The translations under genes and the position numbers were made by a program. From Paraspadella gotoi (lineage: Eukaryota > Animalia > Chaetognatha), in assembly GCA_051294375.1 (NCBI GenBank), contig CM119263.1:1815664-1879663 (forward strand): a stretch of 64,000 nt of DNA. Reading direction: 5' to 3'. Positions 21,486 to 34,285 of this stretch are shown here, one piece after another; position 1 is the stretch's first letter; each line of letters opens with the position of its first letter. Below the pieces are notes generated by a model. That model made no database searches and was not told the origin of the DNA. It saw nothing but the letters and a program-made list of their open reading frames with translations.

Positions 21486-21585
21486 TTTCCCTCATTAAGA
21501 GTAATTACTTTATCTTCCAAGAGAATTCTTTTTCCAAATCGAAAAATGGACTCAAATCTTCGGGATTCCAGGTCACCGGCGCCAT
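20510..21585 (-). CDS. TMIE: Second copy of the TMIE-like gene with indel errors
   Basis: The same three exons are recognisable, with frameshifts in exons 1-3. Confidence 0.6.
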
Positions 21586-22988
21586 TTTATTTATTTACTC
21601 AAACCCAATAATTAATAATTTCCACTTAATTATTTCATTGTTTTATTTTATTAGTTAAAGTTCCGAGTTTTCATCTGCGGTGATCGCTCTGGTCCGTTGC
21701 ATAGAAACGCCGAGAAATCGACCCGGGATGGATGATTGGCGTGTTCGGATTGAAACCATTTCTTTCTCTTGGTGGGTGGGAGGTAATTATTTCGAAATAT
21801 TTACATTTTTCATACAAAAAAGGTTAAAACAGTTAACAAAAGGCACAGCAAGTCATGTGATAATTAGTGTAAAAATAAATATGAAGTGATAAAAAAAAAT
21901 TTCAATAATCAAAATTAGCTTCAGTCAGACATAAATTATATCTATTCCTTCAAGAAATGATTTATTTCATTATAAACCATATTATAATTTAATAATTTGC
22001 AATTGTATTATAACCATACAAATAAAAAGCAGCTGAAATGGCCGAGCTATTTGAAGTTAAAATAAGAGGATTTAATCTAAAAAATATTTTCAAGTCCTTG
22101 GTCCTCTACATTACTTCTGACTTTCTACCGCTGACTTAGGCAATTCATAATATCGTATATATATAATAATACGATATATATTATATTTGGTAAATAAATC
22201 AAGACATGGTGCTGGCTTTAATAAAACAAAACATAATATTGTTTCGAAAAATTCTAAGATGGGTCGTTCATAGTCCAATTTCCGTGCCTCAGACTTGAGT
22301 AAAAAAAACAAATGAATACAGAAATTTTTATGAATTGATCCGAACATTTTACATTCGTTACTTATATTATAATTTGTTATTATTTTATATTTGTATTCGG
22401 CAGTGAAATACTTTTTTTTAATTTTCGTTTATCTTCATTGACCTTTTCTTTAATCGGGTGTTGTTCGTTTTCCTCTAATCATGTTTAATGTTTATAATTC
22501 TTTACCAATTTGTAAGTTAAGGCACAACTCGGCCACAAGAAAATATTTTAACAAATTTAATTTCAAAAATTGAAAAAGCGATTCTTATTCTCATCAACTT
22601 TTTCGAGAAAACTTAACAATTCTGTCTACGTCACTTTTCATTAATAGATTCGGTAAAAACGTCCTTGAAAAATTGGAAGAATGCAAAATCTAAAAAAAAA
22701 GGTTCTCTCTCTTCTTCTCTGTCTCTCATCTCTCTCCTCTCTCTCTCTCTCTCTCCTCTCTCTCTACTCTCCTCTCCTCTCTCAAAAGATGATTAATAGG
22801 ATTTTAAAGAAAAACTCTCTTTCGCTTCTAAATGCATCGCGTTTCCGCTTTTCGCTTCTTTTCGCTTTCTCGTACGCAAAATCCGCGCAAACTTTCACAA
22901 TTTAAAAATAAAAGACGAAGTGGGAACAATTCAAGAACCCGGATAAAACCACATTTTTTTTATTTATACCATCTCTTGAGTATATTAT

Positions 22989-25803
22989 TAGACCTAGAAG
23001 CTAAACTCGGATTTCAAAAAACCTTGCAGATATGATCACACTGACATATAAGTGCTAATTCGAACCTCGACTGACGAGTACTGTATGCTCAAGAGGTTAG
23101 TACACTGGACCAGCTTACTCGAATATGCAAATGAGATTAACGAGTCACAATAAAATCCGGTATGAAAGAAAAATATATTTTAATTATTAAATGATACTCG
23201 TTTTTTTATTAAAATACTTTAAACATAATAACAACTCATTTTAATATTTGTTGGTTATGAGTATGTGAAGTATCTGCCGTATTTGTCTATCATTATCATT
23301 CTTTTTAAAACAACATTTAATGCGAATTCCAAATGTTTTTTTTTACATAGAACCAATTTATTTTTAATAAACAATTCAATGAACAGCATCAACAATGTTT
23401 CTCATTTAATTACAATATTACTATTTATAGGACAAACTCTACATTCTAAAAAAAAAATAATTTTATATCTTATCCCAACCGCCTTTGAACGTTTAACATC
23501 TTAATTGGCCGGGGGTTAAGAAAAACTATTATCAATAACATGATCCTAAGTTTAAAAAAAGCCCTGGGCCGCGACCTATTGGCACCACGGTGGTGTCGTA
23601 AAGCGTCTGGACCGCCGTCAGAACTTGGTTGACTCGGAAGAAGTTGAGGGTCGAGCGACCTCGCTAACGGCAAGAACGAACCGTCGCGATCATCTCGCGG
23701 CGTAATTTTCATCGCGTAAATTTTTGGTTCAAAACCGGGAGAGCGGGGATCCAAACGGTAGGTCCGCGTTACGAGGAAAGTGCGAGCGGCGCCTCCGACT
23801 CCGCCTAAGTTGGTAGCAATACCTCGGCCCCACGCGATACGAAAGGCCGGTGCCGATTCTCTTCGGGAGCGTTTCAGATTGGCGTCATTGGAATTCTCTT
23901 TCATCAAGTGAAACGTTTGAATTTTTTTTTTTTAGAAGCTTGCGTTTATTATCTGGCGTCGGGCAATCACCAATTTTTGTGGCGACTCTCAATGAATTAT
24001 TTTTTGGTAAAAATAAGAAAATGTTTTTTCGCGATCAATATTTATATCTAATGGTCAAAAACCATGGCAAACAGAAAAAGTAAAAATCATAACAAAATAA
24101 AAATATAAAGAAAAACATCGAATTTGAGAAACAGTGCTAATTTTATTAGACCATGCATTCAAACCATTTAGCTGGTTTGAATGCATGGTCTTAAATTAAA
24201 ATTAGCACCTGGTTCCCAAATCGATGTTTTTCTTTATCAAACTACTCGGTGCATGAGATGACACTTAACAATCTAAAATAAAATATAACAATAATAAAAA
24301 TAACAGAATTAGCGTTGGTACCCTCAACAGTAAATAAATGGTTTTACGGTGGGTGAGGAACTTTCGTCCACTAAATGGTTGAGTGGTACGATTTACAGTG
24401 GTGATGGTAAGGTCACCGTCGTCGACTTTGTCGTCACTACACCCGAATCATTAACCTGAAAAAGAAAAAAAATCTGCCAAACACAGATTAAATATTATTT
24501 GAAAAAAAAAAACCCTCCTCGACCAAGCGGAGAGGGAGAAGACATTGGGAGAGAAACCAAACTGAAGACCCCGGATCCGCACGCGCCGTAAATTTTATAA
24601 ATAGTTCTTATCCACTTGGCGTCTTGATATTTAATGGATACCTTTGATAAAATAATCAAAGCATATAGACATTCCAGTTGCTCTTGCCGGCGAGCAACTG
24701 GTCAAATATCTAATCAGACATAATATTACTAATAATCACTATAAAACACAAACAGTTACAATTAATCATCACAGAATAAATATGGAAGAAATACGGAGGA
24801 TGAATACAAATCCCGAATGATCGCGATAGATGAGACGTACGAGACGAAAGTCAATATGAATATCTCTCTTATCTTAAGTCGTCTGGACTTTAAATTATAT
24901 TAAACAAAAACTTAATGCAATGTTAAAGCAGATGAGTATGTTAAATATTAATTTACAAACAAATATTAAGCTGAATTATCAGGTATTAAGAAAACATGTC
25001 AAAGTTTGGATGTAATATTTACCAAAAGAAAACCGATAAGTTCATTTCGATACAACAGATCACTTTAATTGAAAGAACGCCCTCCTCGACCTAGCGGAGA
25101 GGAGAAGATGTAGGGAGAGAAACTACTGAAGACCGGATCGCGGCCACGTATTTCTATAATTGTTTCTTATCCACTTGACTTGGAGTCTGATATTTAATGG
25201 TACACATAATGCTTGCGTGCACTGTAATATTTATACCAAACAAATAATACCACTAATAATCTATAAAAGTTAATAATTATTAGACAAGACAATTTCAATT
25301 ATTCACGGAATGATCACGACTGATCATCATACAAAGCACAGAAGATATCCAAACGTTTATTAGTCATGAAGAGTCTGATCCAAATGCTGAATCCATAATA
25401 TCGCAAGAAATAGACCAAGCCCAAAGTCAAATATCTCTTTTATAAAAAGAACATCTAGTTATGCGTCGTCTTTTAATTTCAAATGAGCTTTAATTCACAA
25501 TTTTTAAAAGTTTTTTAATAGAAAATTTTAATTTTTTATCTACAAAAGTTGAAAAAATCCGAAGATTCAAAAGGAAAAATCCAGGTGTCTACAATGAAAA
25601 AAATCATACAAAAGAACAGTTTCGAGATCGCGAAGACTCGTATTTAGGGAATTAGCATATTTGAGAAGCCATTTTTTTGTACTAACCTACCGCTTAATTT
25701 CAGTCAATTTTGCCTATCTATAAAAACTTTTTATTGCTTTGTGACTATTATGCAAGGTTTTTTTGATTAACCGATGTACTTCCATAGTTAGATTTTGGGT
25801 CTA
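22989..25803. mobile_element. TIR DNA transposon-like insertion of about 2.8 kb (TAGACC...GGTCTA termini), non-autonomous as far as visible
   Basis: Left end tagacctagaagctaaact vs reverse complement of right end tagacccaaaatctaact. The homologous site at about 17474-17490 (tagtataatattgtaag) is empty. Flanks resemble an imperfect AT-rich duplication of ambiguous length. Confidence 0.75.
24105..24237. repeat. Near-perfect palindrome of about 130 bp inside the TIR element
   Basis: ataaagaaaaacatcga...gaccatgcattcaaacca-tttagc-tggtttgaatgcatggtc...tcgatgtttttctttat. Confidence 0.9.
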
Positions 25804-26539
25804 ATAATATTGTAAGATCTAATCTTGATTTTTCCATTCTGAATTAAATTTCTTTTAGTTAAAACTTGAATCATTTTAGTTTGGACATCACAACTTTTAA
25901 TCATTGTTTGATTTGTTTCCGTTCAAGACGAAACTCGTTATTCAATGTTAAATAGATCGAGTGACAAATGTTAATCATTAGCTACGACAATTTTCAATTC
26001 AATTCAAGTCAGTTCATTCAATTCAATCTAATTGAATCAATTCAATTTAATTCATTAAATATGTATAAAAACTTAAGTAAATCAATTTAAATCCCTCTTT
26101 AAATTTAATTGAATTCATTATATAAGTTAATAAAATTACTAATTTTAGAATTAATTTTGTTTTTAAGATCAATAATTTGGTTAGGGATTATTTAAGATTA
26201 GGGTTAAGGATTACGGATAGAATTTGTTAGAAATTTGGTTATGCATTAAGTTATGGATTAGATTAAAGGTAAAGAGACAAAAGGTAAGGATTAGGGTAGG
26301 AATTAGGTAATTAAGATTAGAATAAAATATTAGCTTAGGAACAAGCATTTGGAATTAAGATTAGATTTAAGACTAATATTAAATGTTGGATAAGGAATCG
26401 GGAACGCTCTTGGAAAACAGTGCGAAATTGTAATCTTTGTTTACTCTTCAAGAAAAAAAAGACCTCATCTCGTGACCACAAAAGTAAAATGGAATTTTCA
26501 AAAAATTGGCCAAAAAATTGAGGGAAAAAAATAGAGAGA

Positions 26540-29500
26540 AATTTCAGATGATTATTTCTCGCTCAATTTCGAATTAATGCAAGGAGAAACAATTTTCACA
26601 ATTCGATTTTTCGTTCAGGATTTTTCTGACTTCCTCGTCGAGCGAGAGGCTTTTTTCGTCGTCGTCGTCGTCGTCGCTCGTATCGTCGTCGTCGTCCGTC
26701 GATCGTCGTCGCGTCAAATAAACCTTTGCTTTGGAATTTCTCTTCAATCTCCCTTCGATTCCATTCCTTGCCAACAGGGCGCCGCTTAAATTCGACCGTC
26801 GATCGAAAAACGCGCGTCGTTACGAAACCGTCTCCGATCTTTTAATGACGCCGCGCCAGCCTTTCCTTGCTCGTGACGGCGCCCCAGGACGACGCCCTGA
26901 TTTTAGAGGGCGTTTCTATGGTTTTCAGGACGCGTCGTGCGGCGCTGTTTATCGAGCGAAGGCGCAGTAGATGGCGGCGGCGTCGCGGGGTTGTTTCCAT
27001 TTTTATTGGCGGGAACGTCGTTGTCGTCGTCGTGTCGACCACAATGGCTGCAACGGACGAACGACGACGACGACAGGGGCGCGTTGTATCGACAGGCGTC
27101 GGATATATCGGCGTCTGGAAAAAATCGACGTCTTCGTTTCCTCAGATTCTTTGAAAGGAATTCCCGCTACACTAGGGGTCGTCGTCGTCGTCGCCGTCTC
27201 GTCGTCGTCGTCGTCGTCGTCGCTGTCGCTGTAGTCGTCCGTCCTATTCGTCGTCGCTGTCGTCGTTCGCGCTGTNNNNNNNNNNNNNNNNNNNNNNNNN
27301 TCGTCGTCGGTCGTCGTCGTCGTCGCTGTCGCTGTAGTCGTCGTCCTATTCGTCGTCGCTGTCGTCGTCGTCGCTGTCGTCGCCGTATCACCTTTCCTCG
27401 ACGTCGACTCGTTATTTCGACGAACGACGCCCTCGTGCGGATTTTCGAAACAAAAGATCCTCTGATCGTCGGTCCCAAGGCGCCGTCCAGCGAAGACGCG
27501 GCCGACGTCGACGGCGTCGTAGTTTTTTCGTGAGGGCGACATCGAGTCAAACCGATTCTCTCAACAACACAAGAACATAACCAACACACAAAAAACAGAA
27601 AAAAAAAGACAAAAGACAAATACCAAAGACACCAAAAACCATAAAAAGAAACACAAACAAAATAAAAAAAAACAAAAAATACAAAGAACCCACACACAAC
27701 AGCAAACAAACGAACGAAAAAACAGTACAACAAAGAAAAAATAAGACGACAAAGAGCCACAATGATAAATAAAAAAAACAAAAACAAGAAACAAAAAACA
27801 CAATATATAATATAAAAAGAAAGCCAAGTAGCAAACAAATTACAGACAAAAAACAAAGACTGAAAGAAAAAAAATACAACAAACCAAAAAAAAGACAACG
27901 AACAAAAAAAAAAACCAGAACAACATAAGAACAACAAAAAAAAAAATACAACAAACAAAACCACACATTATACAAGAAAAAACAACAAAAAGAAAACTAA
28001 CAAAAAAACAAACATCACAAAAAACACAGAACAAAAACACAATAATAAAAACCAAAAAAAAAAACATAAGCACCAAAAGTACACCGTCCATCAGAGAAAA
28101 GAAAACAAACACAAACAAAAGTACACAACAAAACAACACGAAACCAGAAGAAACCAAAAAACAGACAAAAAAAAAAAAAGCAAAAAAAAAAAAAGACAAA
28201 CAGTAAGAAACAAAAAAAAAACAGACAACCCAAAAAAGACAAAATAACACCAAGAGCCATACAAAAAAAAACAAAAAACACCAAGCACAAAATGAAACAC
28301 GAAAACAAGCCTAACACAAATAATTAAACAATGAAACAAACAAACAGGAGATAAAGACAAAAAAAAACAAGAAAAACAAAACAGAAAAAACAACAAAAAA
28401 AAAAAAAGAGACACAAACCACATAAACATCAAACAAAAACAAAAAAAAGAAAAACAACCATATCACACAGATCAAAACACAAAAAAACAAAACCAAAAGA
28501 TAACGGAAGACAAGACAACACAATAACACTAAAAATACAAAAAATGGGAGCATATCAAAACAGACAAAAAAAGACAAGAACGAAAAACAAAAACAATATA
28601 AACAACACAACCAAAACAAGACCAAAACACAAAAACAAGCAACATCAAAGCAACAAAACAACCATAAAAAAAAAAAGAAGCTAAAGGAAAAACCAAACAT
28701 AGCAGCACAAAAAACGCAAAAAGACACAAAAAACACAAAAAAAATAAAAACTATAAGAGAAAACAATAAAAAACAACATCAAAAAGAAATGGCAAACAGA
28801 AAACCAAAAAACACAGGAGAATCAACAACTCGGTAGGACAGAATAAGAACAAGATAAAGAAACACCGAGAATCAACAAGAAGAAGAAACAGAAAATCTGA
28901 TGAATGTTCTATGACGAGACCAGATTAGCGTCAAAGTAAGAAAAAACCAATAAGAAAAAACCCACACACACAACATACAAAAACAGAAAACAAAGCAAAA
29001 ATAACACCACAACGAAAAGACGAAAAAAGAAAGAAACAAAGACACGAAAATCCAAAAAAACAAACACAAACAAAACAACAAAAAAAAACAAAAGAAAACA
29101 AAACAAAAAAGCAAAACAAACCAGTCCAAAAATAAAAAGAACAAAAAGAAAAAAAGACACCATACACCAAAAAAAAAAAAACAACATAAAAAACATACAA
29201 AAAAAACACAAATAAACAGCAAACAAAACCAACCAAGAAATCGAAACACAACAAAGACCAAAGATAACCAACCATAATGACACAAAAAAACACAAACAAA
29301 ACGAGTAAGAAAAAAAGAACGTCGCCGTATCACCTTTCCTCGACGTCGACTCGTTATTTCGACGAACGACGCCCTCGTGCGGATTTTCGAAACAAAAGAT
29401 CCTCTGATCGTCGGTCCCAAGGCGCCGTCCAGCGAAGACGCGGCCGACGTCGACGGCGTCGTAGTTTTTTCGTGAGGGCGACATCGAGTCAAACCGGCGC

Positions 29501-30168
29501 CGTTCGCCTTCGCATCGGCGCTTTTCGATCGGGCGCCGCTCTTTGGAATTCGGGCGCCGGGTGAAGAATTCTTTACGAGACGGCGTCATTGTCGGTTGGT
29601 GTTTATGTTCCGAGTTCGGACGATTCCATTTAGATTCTATTTTTCGTCGACGCTGCTCAACTTCTGCTTCCGGTTGGCGCCCTTCAATATCAGGCCGTCG
29701 CCCATAAACTTGAGGCCGGCGTTCCTCCAAATAGAGACGCCTCTGTTCCAATCCAGCTTTAGTCAGGTGCGGATCCAGTTTTTGACGACGCCCATCTACT
29801 TCCGGCGGGAGCCCTTCAAGAACTTCCGGCCGGCGCCCATCATTTTCCCGCCGGCGCCCCTCATTTTCCGACCGGCGTCGTTTGGTGTAATCGTGAAGAA
29901 AGTGACAATCGACGCCCAAAGGACAAAATCCACGTCGAAGGAAGAAGCGACATTCTTCCGTCTTAAAGGATGGATGGCGGTCTGACAGATGGTTGAGGCT
30001 GGGGGAGAAGAAAATGGGAGGGAAATGGGAGGGAGGATTGGAGGGAGAGATGGGAGAGAGGGAGGGAGAGGGAGGAGCGATGAAAAGAAGGAGCGAGGGA
30101 GGGAGAGAGGGGGAAGAGGATAGAGGGAGGGAGAGAGAGATGGGAGGAGAGATGGAGTTTTGAGAGAA

Positions 30169-30235
<67 letters not shown>

Positions 30236-32195
30236 AAACGAAAGTGTTTTTCAAATGTGCTCGACTCATAATAAGCTTCGGGGCGGTTTTTATTTTGCTG
30301 GCTATTTTTAGTAGGAAGGGGAAGTTTTGAGAGAAGAAAAGAAAGAAAAAAATGAGAGAAAAGAAAGGAAAGAGAAAGAAAAGAAATGAGAAGAGAAGAG
30401 AAGGAAAGAAAAAAGGAGGAAAAGGAAAGAAAGGGAAAAGATATAAAAGATAAAGAAAAGAAACGAAAAGAAAAGAAAAGAAAAGGAAATGAAAGAGAGG
30501 AGAAGAAAAGAAAAGAAAAGAAAAGAAAAGAAAAGAAAAAAGAAAGAAAAAGAAAAGAAAAAGGAAAAGAAAAGAAAAGAAAAAAGAAGAAAGTAAAAGA
30601 AGAAAGAAAGAATGAAGGAAAATATAAGAAAAAAGGAGAAGAAAAAGAAAAAAAGAAAAGAAAAAAGAAAGAAAAGAAAGAGAAGAAAAGAAAAAAAAAA
30701 AAAGGAAAATAAAAAGGAAAAAAGAAAAAAAAAGAAAAGAAAAAAAAAGAAAGAATAAAGAAAAAAAAAGAAGAAAAGAAAAGGAAATAAAAAGAAAAGA
30801 GAAGAAAAGAAAAAAAAAAGAAAAGAAAAGAAAAAAAAGAAAAGAAAGAGAAGAAAAGAAAAGAAAGAAAAGAAAAGAAAAAAAGAAAAGAAAGAAGAAA
30901 AGAAAGAAAAAAGAAAAAAAAGAAAAAAGAAAGAAATAAGGAAAGAAAAAAAAAAGAAGAAGAAAAAGAAAAGAAAGAAAAAGAAAAGATAAATAAAGAT
31001 AAGATAAGATAAGATAAGATAAGATAAGATAAGATAAGATAAGAAAAGAAAAGAAAAAAAGAATATAAAAGAAGGAGAAGAAAGAAAAAAAAAGAAAAGA
31101 AAAAGAAAGAAAGAAAGAAAAGAAAAGAAAAGAAAAAAAGAAAAAAGAAAAGAAAAGAAAAGAAAAAGAAAAAAAAAGAAAAGAAAAAAAGAAAAGAAAA
31201 AAAAACCGGCAGCGATTTCTAAACTTCTATGAGCGAAACATTAGGCGAAGCATGGAGTTTGGCCCCCTAGCGAATAACCTACGAACCCTTGCGAACCTAA
31301 AACTCTTTTCATTCCCTACGAACCCATCTTAAGCCCCGCCAACTCCTATAACCATATAAACTTACAAACCCTCGCGAAACCCTGCGCGAAACCTTGTAGA
31401 AACACTTTCTTTTTGCTATAAAAAAAATATGTACTTTGCAAATAAACAAGTTTAACTAAACTAAACATTGTTTATTAAACAAGCCCTACGAAGTGATCCG
31501 ACCAACCGCGAGTATCCTCCCCAAAACCTGAAAACCCTCTCCTAGACACCGGGACACCCTCTTAAACCTCAAAAGACCCTCGTTAACCCCTTCCCGTCCT
31601 CCTTCGCCCTGCCGAGCCCCGGGGGTCCAAAGGGCGAGTTAGATGATGAGGATGATGCCAGGGTGGGGGCGGTGTGGGGGCGAGGGTCATGAGAGGAGGT
31701 GAGTTACGTTTAAGTCATTTCTCTGCGTGGGTGAGGAAAGAAACGCCATCTCACCGACCTGCGGCTTTTGCGCAATCTCTTCGTCGTCGTCGTTGTCGTT
31801 CTAAAGTCAACGTCGTGCAAAAAGACGCAGCGCGCCCCGGCGTCGCACTCTCCCGTCGCCTGGAACGCCCGGCACCGCAATTCGCGCCGACCGTGAGCGA
31901 AGGAGCATCCGGCGCCGCGATGACAGGAGCCGGTCCGCGAGAAACCGTGGCAAAGGCGCGTCTTGTACAGCAGCGGCGTCAACTCCTGCTGCAACTGCAG
32001 CTGAGCGTGGGCGAACGGCGCCGCGGCGCGAAGGCCGAAGCGATCGGCGTCGACGAGGCGGAGGCGGGGATGGTTGGAGATGGCAAAGGACCACGCGTGG
32101 ACGAGCAACTTGGGAAAGGCGCCGGTGAGGAGGGAGAAAACGGCGTCGTCGGTCGAAAGGTGAAGGCGTGGCAGCTGCGGAGGCGATGCTGCGTC
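26540..32195 (-). CDS. TIS11/ZFP36-like CCCH zinc-finger RNA-binding protein. Upstream exon about 31750-32195 (start unclear, at a gap) and a large downstream exon from 29981 to about 26540, interrupted by an artefactual block
   Basis: LYKTRLCHGFSRTGSCHRGAGCSFAHGRRELR-CRAFQATGECDAGARCVFLH gives two C-x8-C-x5-C-x3-H fingers with a YKTxLC lead-in. After acceptor cag at 29982-29984, RHPSFKTEECRFFLRRGFCPLGVDCHFLH gives a third finger, followed by an Arg/Ser/Thr-rich low-complexity region. Joining of the two exons is inferred. Confidence 0.72.
27555..29319. other. A/C-rich aperiodic block flanked by a direct repeat of about 175 bp; probable base-calling or assembly artefact
   Basis: No periodicity. 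27378-27553 recurs at 29320-29494, and removing the block plus one repeat restores a continuous minus-strand frame. Confidence 0.75.
30325..31205. repeat. Purine-rich (GAAAA)n/(GATAA)n simple repeat, probably intronic
   Basis: Read directly from the sequence. Confidence 0.9.
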
Positions 32196-33846
32196 NNNNN
32201 NNNNNNNNNNNNNNNNNNNNGGGGCGGAGAAGGCTGCAGAAAGAAGCGGAGGAGATGGCGAAGGGGGAAGATGTGTCGAAGGGGAGAGGAATGAGAAGAT
32301 TGAAGAGATTCTGAGAGGAGAGAGAGAAAGAGAAGAGAGAGAGAAGAGAGAGGAGAGAGACGAGAGGAGAGAAGAGAGAGAGAGAGAGAGGAGAGACAGG
32401 GACAGAGACAGAGACAGAGAGACCAGAGACAGGAAAGAATAGTAGATGATGAGGGAATGATTCATATGTGTTTTTTTGTTTGAAAATTGTTATTGGGAAC
32501 TGCCATGTTGATTTTAGAAGAAAGACTTATTAATAAATTAATAATTGATAAAAAATTTTTTGTTATTTTTAAGCACATTATTAATTTATTGTAAATAAAT
32601 GACGTTGATTTATGACAACACAATTAAGAGTAAAATAAAAAAAAAAAATTGTTTTTCCTGATGTAACAGGTGTATGAAGTAAAAATTGACTTAAATTATA
32701 AAATTTAGTTTATTTGCCTATGAAAAAGAACCAAGATCAAGAAGATTGAATCTTATTGAAAATGAAAATGCAAGGATCGAAAGGTCGGCAACTTTTTTTG
32801 CTTTCATCACTAAAAACAGCATTGAATTTCCATTTATTCCATTTATTCATCTCTCTATTCATTCGAAATTCTTTTCTCTCGAGATCAGACGGGCGGAAAG
32901 AAAAACCTTGAAGGCGGAACCAGTGATAAAAATGATATCATAAGCTTAAGGGTCTATCATCAATAGGAATGTGATATGGTGATAGTCATTAATTTTTCTT
33001 TGCACGGGGAAAAGTTTGGCCCAAAAAAATTCCTATCTCTTATTGTTAGCGGAAACAAATTTAATTTAATTATGAAAAAAAAAATTTAGTTGACCCTACT
33101 TAAATATTTATAGTAACCCATTATTTATTTGCATTAAGAAAGTATTTTTTACTAAAATTCCAATTTTATTTTTTTACTGTACAAAGCTATAAATTTAGGT
33201 TTAAGCCTATGAACAAAGGCTTTACAAGATTATATTTTTTTATTATATTTTATTAAAAGCAGACAATCAAACCTAAAATTCTATTCTTACAGAAACAAAA
33301 ACTGTAATAATTATTAATAATATTCATATTCATCCTTAAAATGTATAATTAAATATATTTGATTCCTAATTATAACAATAAAAAAATTTGGCAAAGTCAG
33401 GAATCTTTCTCTTCTTTTTGTATTTATATTACTTTAAAGAGTTTTATTGTCATCCAATTACAGAATCATTTGAAAAGAAAGTTTAAATAAAATCAGTCTA
33501 ATACCTTTAAATTTTGGGATTCATTCCTAGTTTTTTTTCTTATAAATTTTTGTGGATGAAAAGCTGAAAATTTTTTTAAAATTAGATCTTACTCCTTTTT
33601 TGAAAAAAAAAAAAAATAAACTTGAAAAAGTGATTTTTCTTCTTTACCGATTTTTTAAAGAAAAATTAAGCTCATTGATTTTTTATCGAAAATTTTTTTA
33701 ACTACTTTCCCAACATGATTATAGAATTAAAAAAATATATGAATTTCAGAGAACCAGCTTAAATTTAAAGGGTCAAACGTTATGTTTTCAGCTTTTTTAC
33801 CCCCCTGTTCAACTTGGTCCTCTTAAAAGGGAAATCTCTCGATGAA

Positions 33847-33896
<50 letters not shown>

Positions 33897-34182
33897 AGGA
33901 GAGAGAGAGGGAAAGAGGAAAAAGACGTAAAAAGATTTTCATCGTCACCATGTTCTACAAACACTAAAAAAAAAAATCTAATATTTTGACTAAAGCAGGC
34001 CAACAGGCAAAGAAGCAAGCAAGCGATAATGTTTATTTCAGTCAGATAAAATAAATAAGTGAAACCAACTTGAAAAGGTGAGAATCAACGGCGGGACACT
34101 CCAGTCTGAGCCGCCGAGGAAACGTCCTTGAAATCTTCCAAGTTTATTTCCGTTGGCCTCGAGAAAGCGTTCCGGGTCGTTA

Positions 34183-34285
34183 GATTCACTTCGGCGGAGA
34201 TGGACGTCACTTCCGGCGGAGATGACGTCACTTCCCGGCGGAGATGACGTCACTTTCCGGACGCTAGATGACGTCACTTTCCGGT
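34183..34285. repeat. Tandem repeat of about 21 bp containing TGACGTCACTTCCGG-like (CRE plus ETS) motifs; copy at 45360-45399
   Basis: 4-5 units of gatgacgtcacttccggcgga. Confidence 0.85.

Larger units (their letters stand above)
18887..22980. repeat. Duplicate of about 13499-17478 (PDZ gene exons 1-2 and start of exon 3, plus TMIE); probable second haplotype
   Basis: Colinear near-identity over about 4 kb with indels. Confidence 0.9.

Noticed and set aside
23071-23110. CTGACGA followed by a GTACT/AGTAC stem
   Set aside because: The required GAAA after stem II is absent.
24513-24545. CCTCCTCG as an HDV-like ribozyme L3 loop
   Set aside because: No complementary P3, P1 or P1.1 strands are in the right positions.
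27167-29492. Many long Phe/Val/Leu/Cys-rich minus-strand ORFs resembling membrane or edited mitochondrial proteins
   Set aside because: All frames stay open because the block is A/C-rich noise. It is flanked by a direct repeat and interrupts an otherwise continuous exon, so it is probably an artefact.
30386-30712. Lys/Arg/Glu-rich ORF
   Set aside because: It is a translation of a (GAAAA)n simple repeat.
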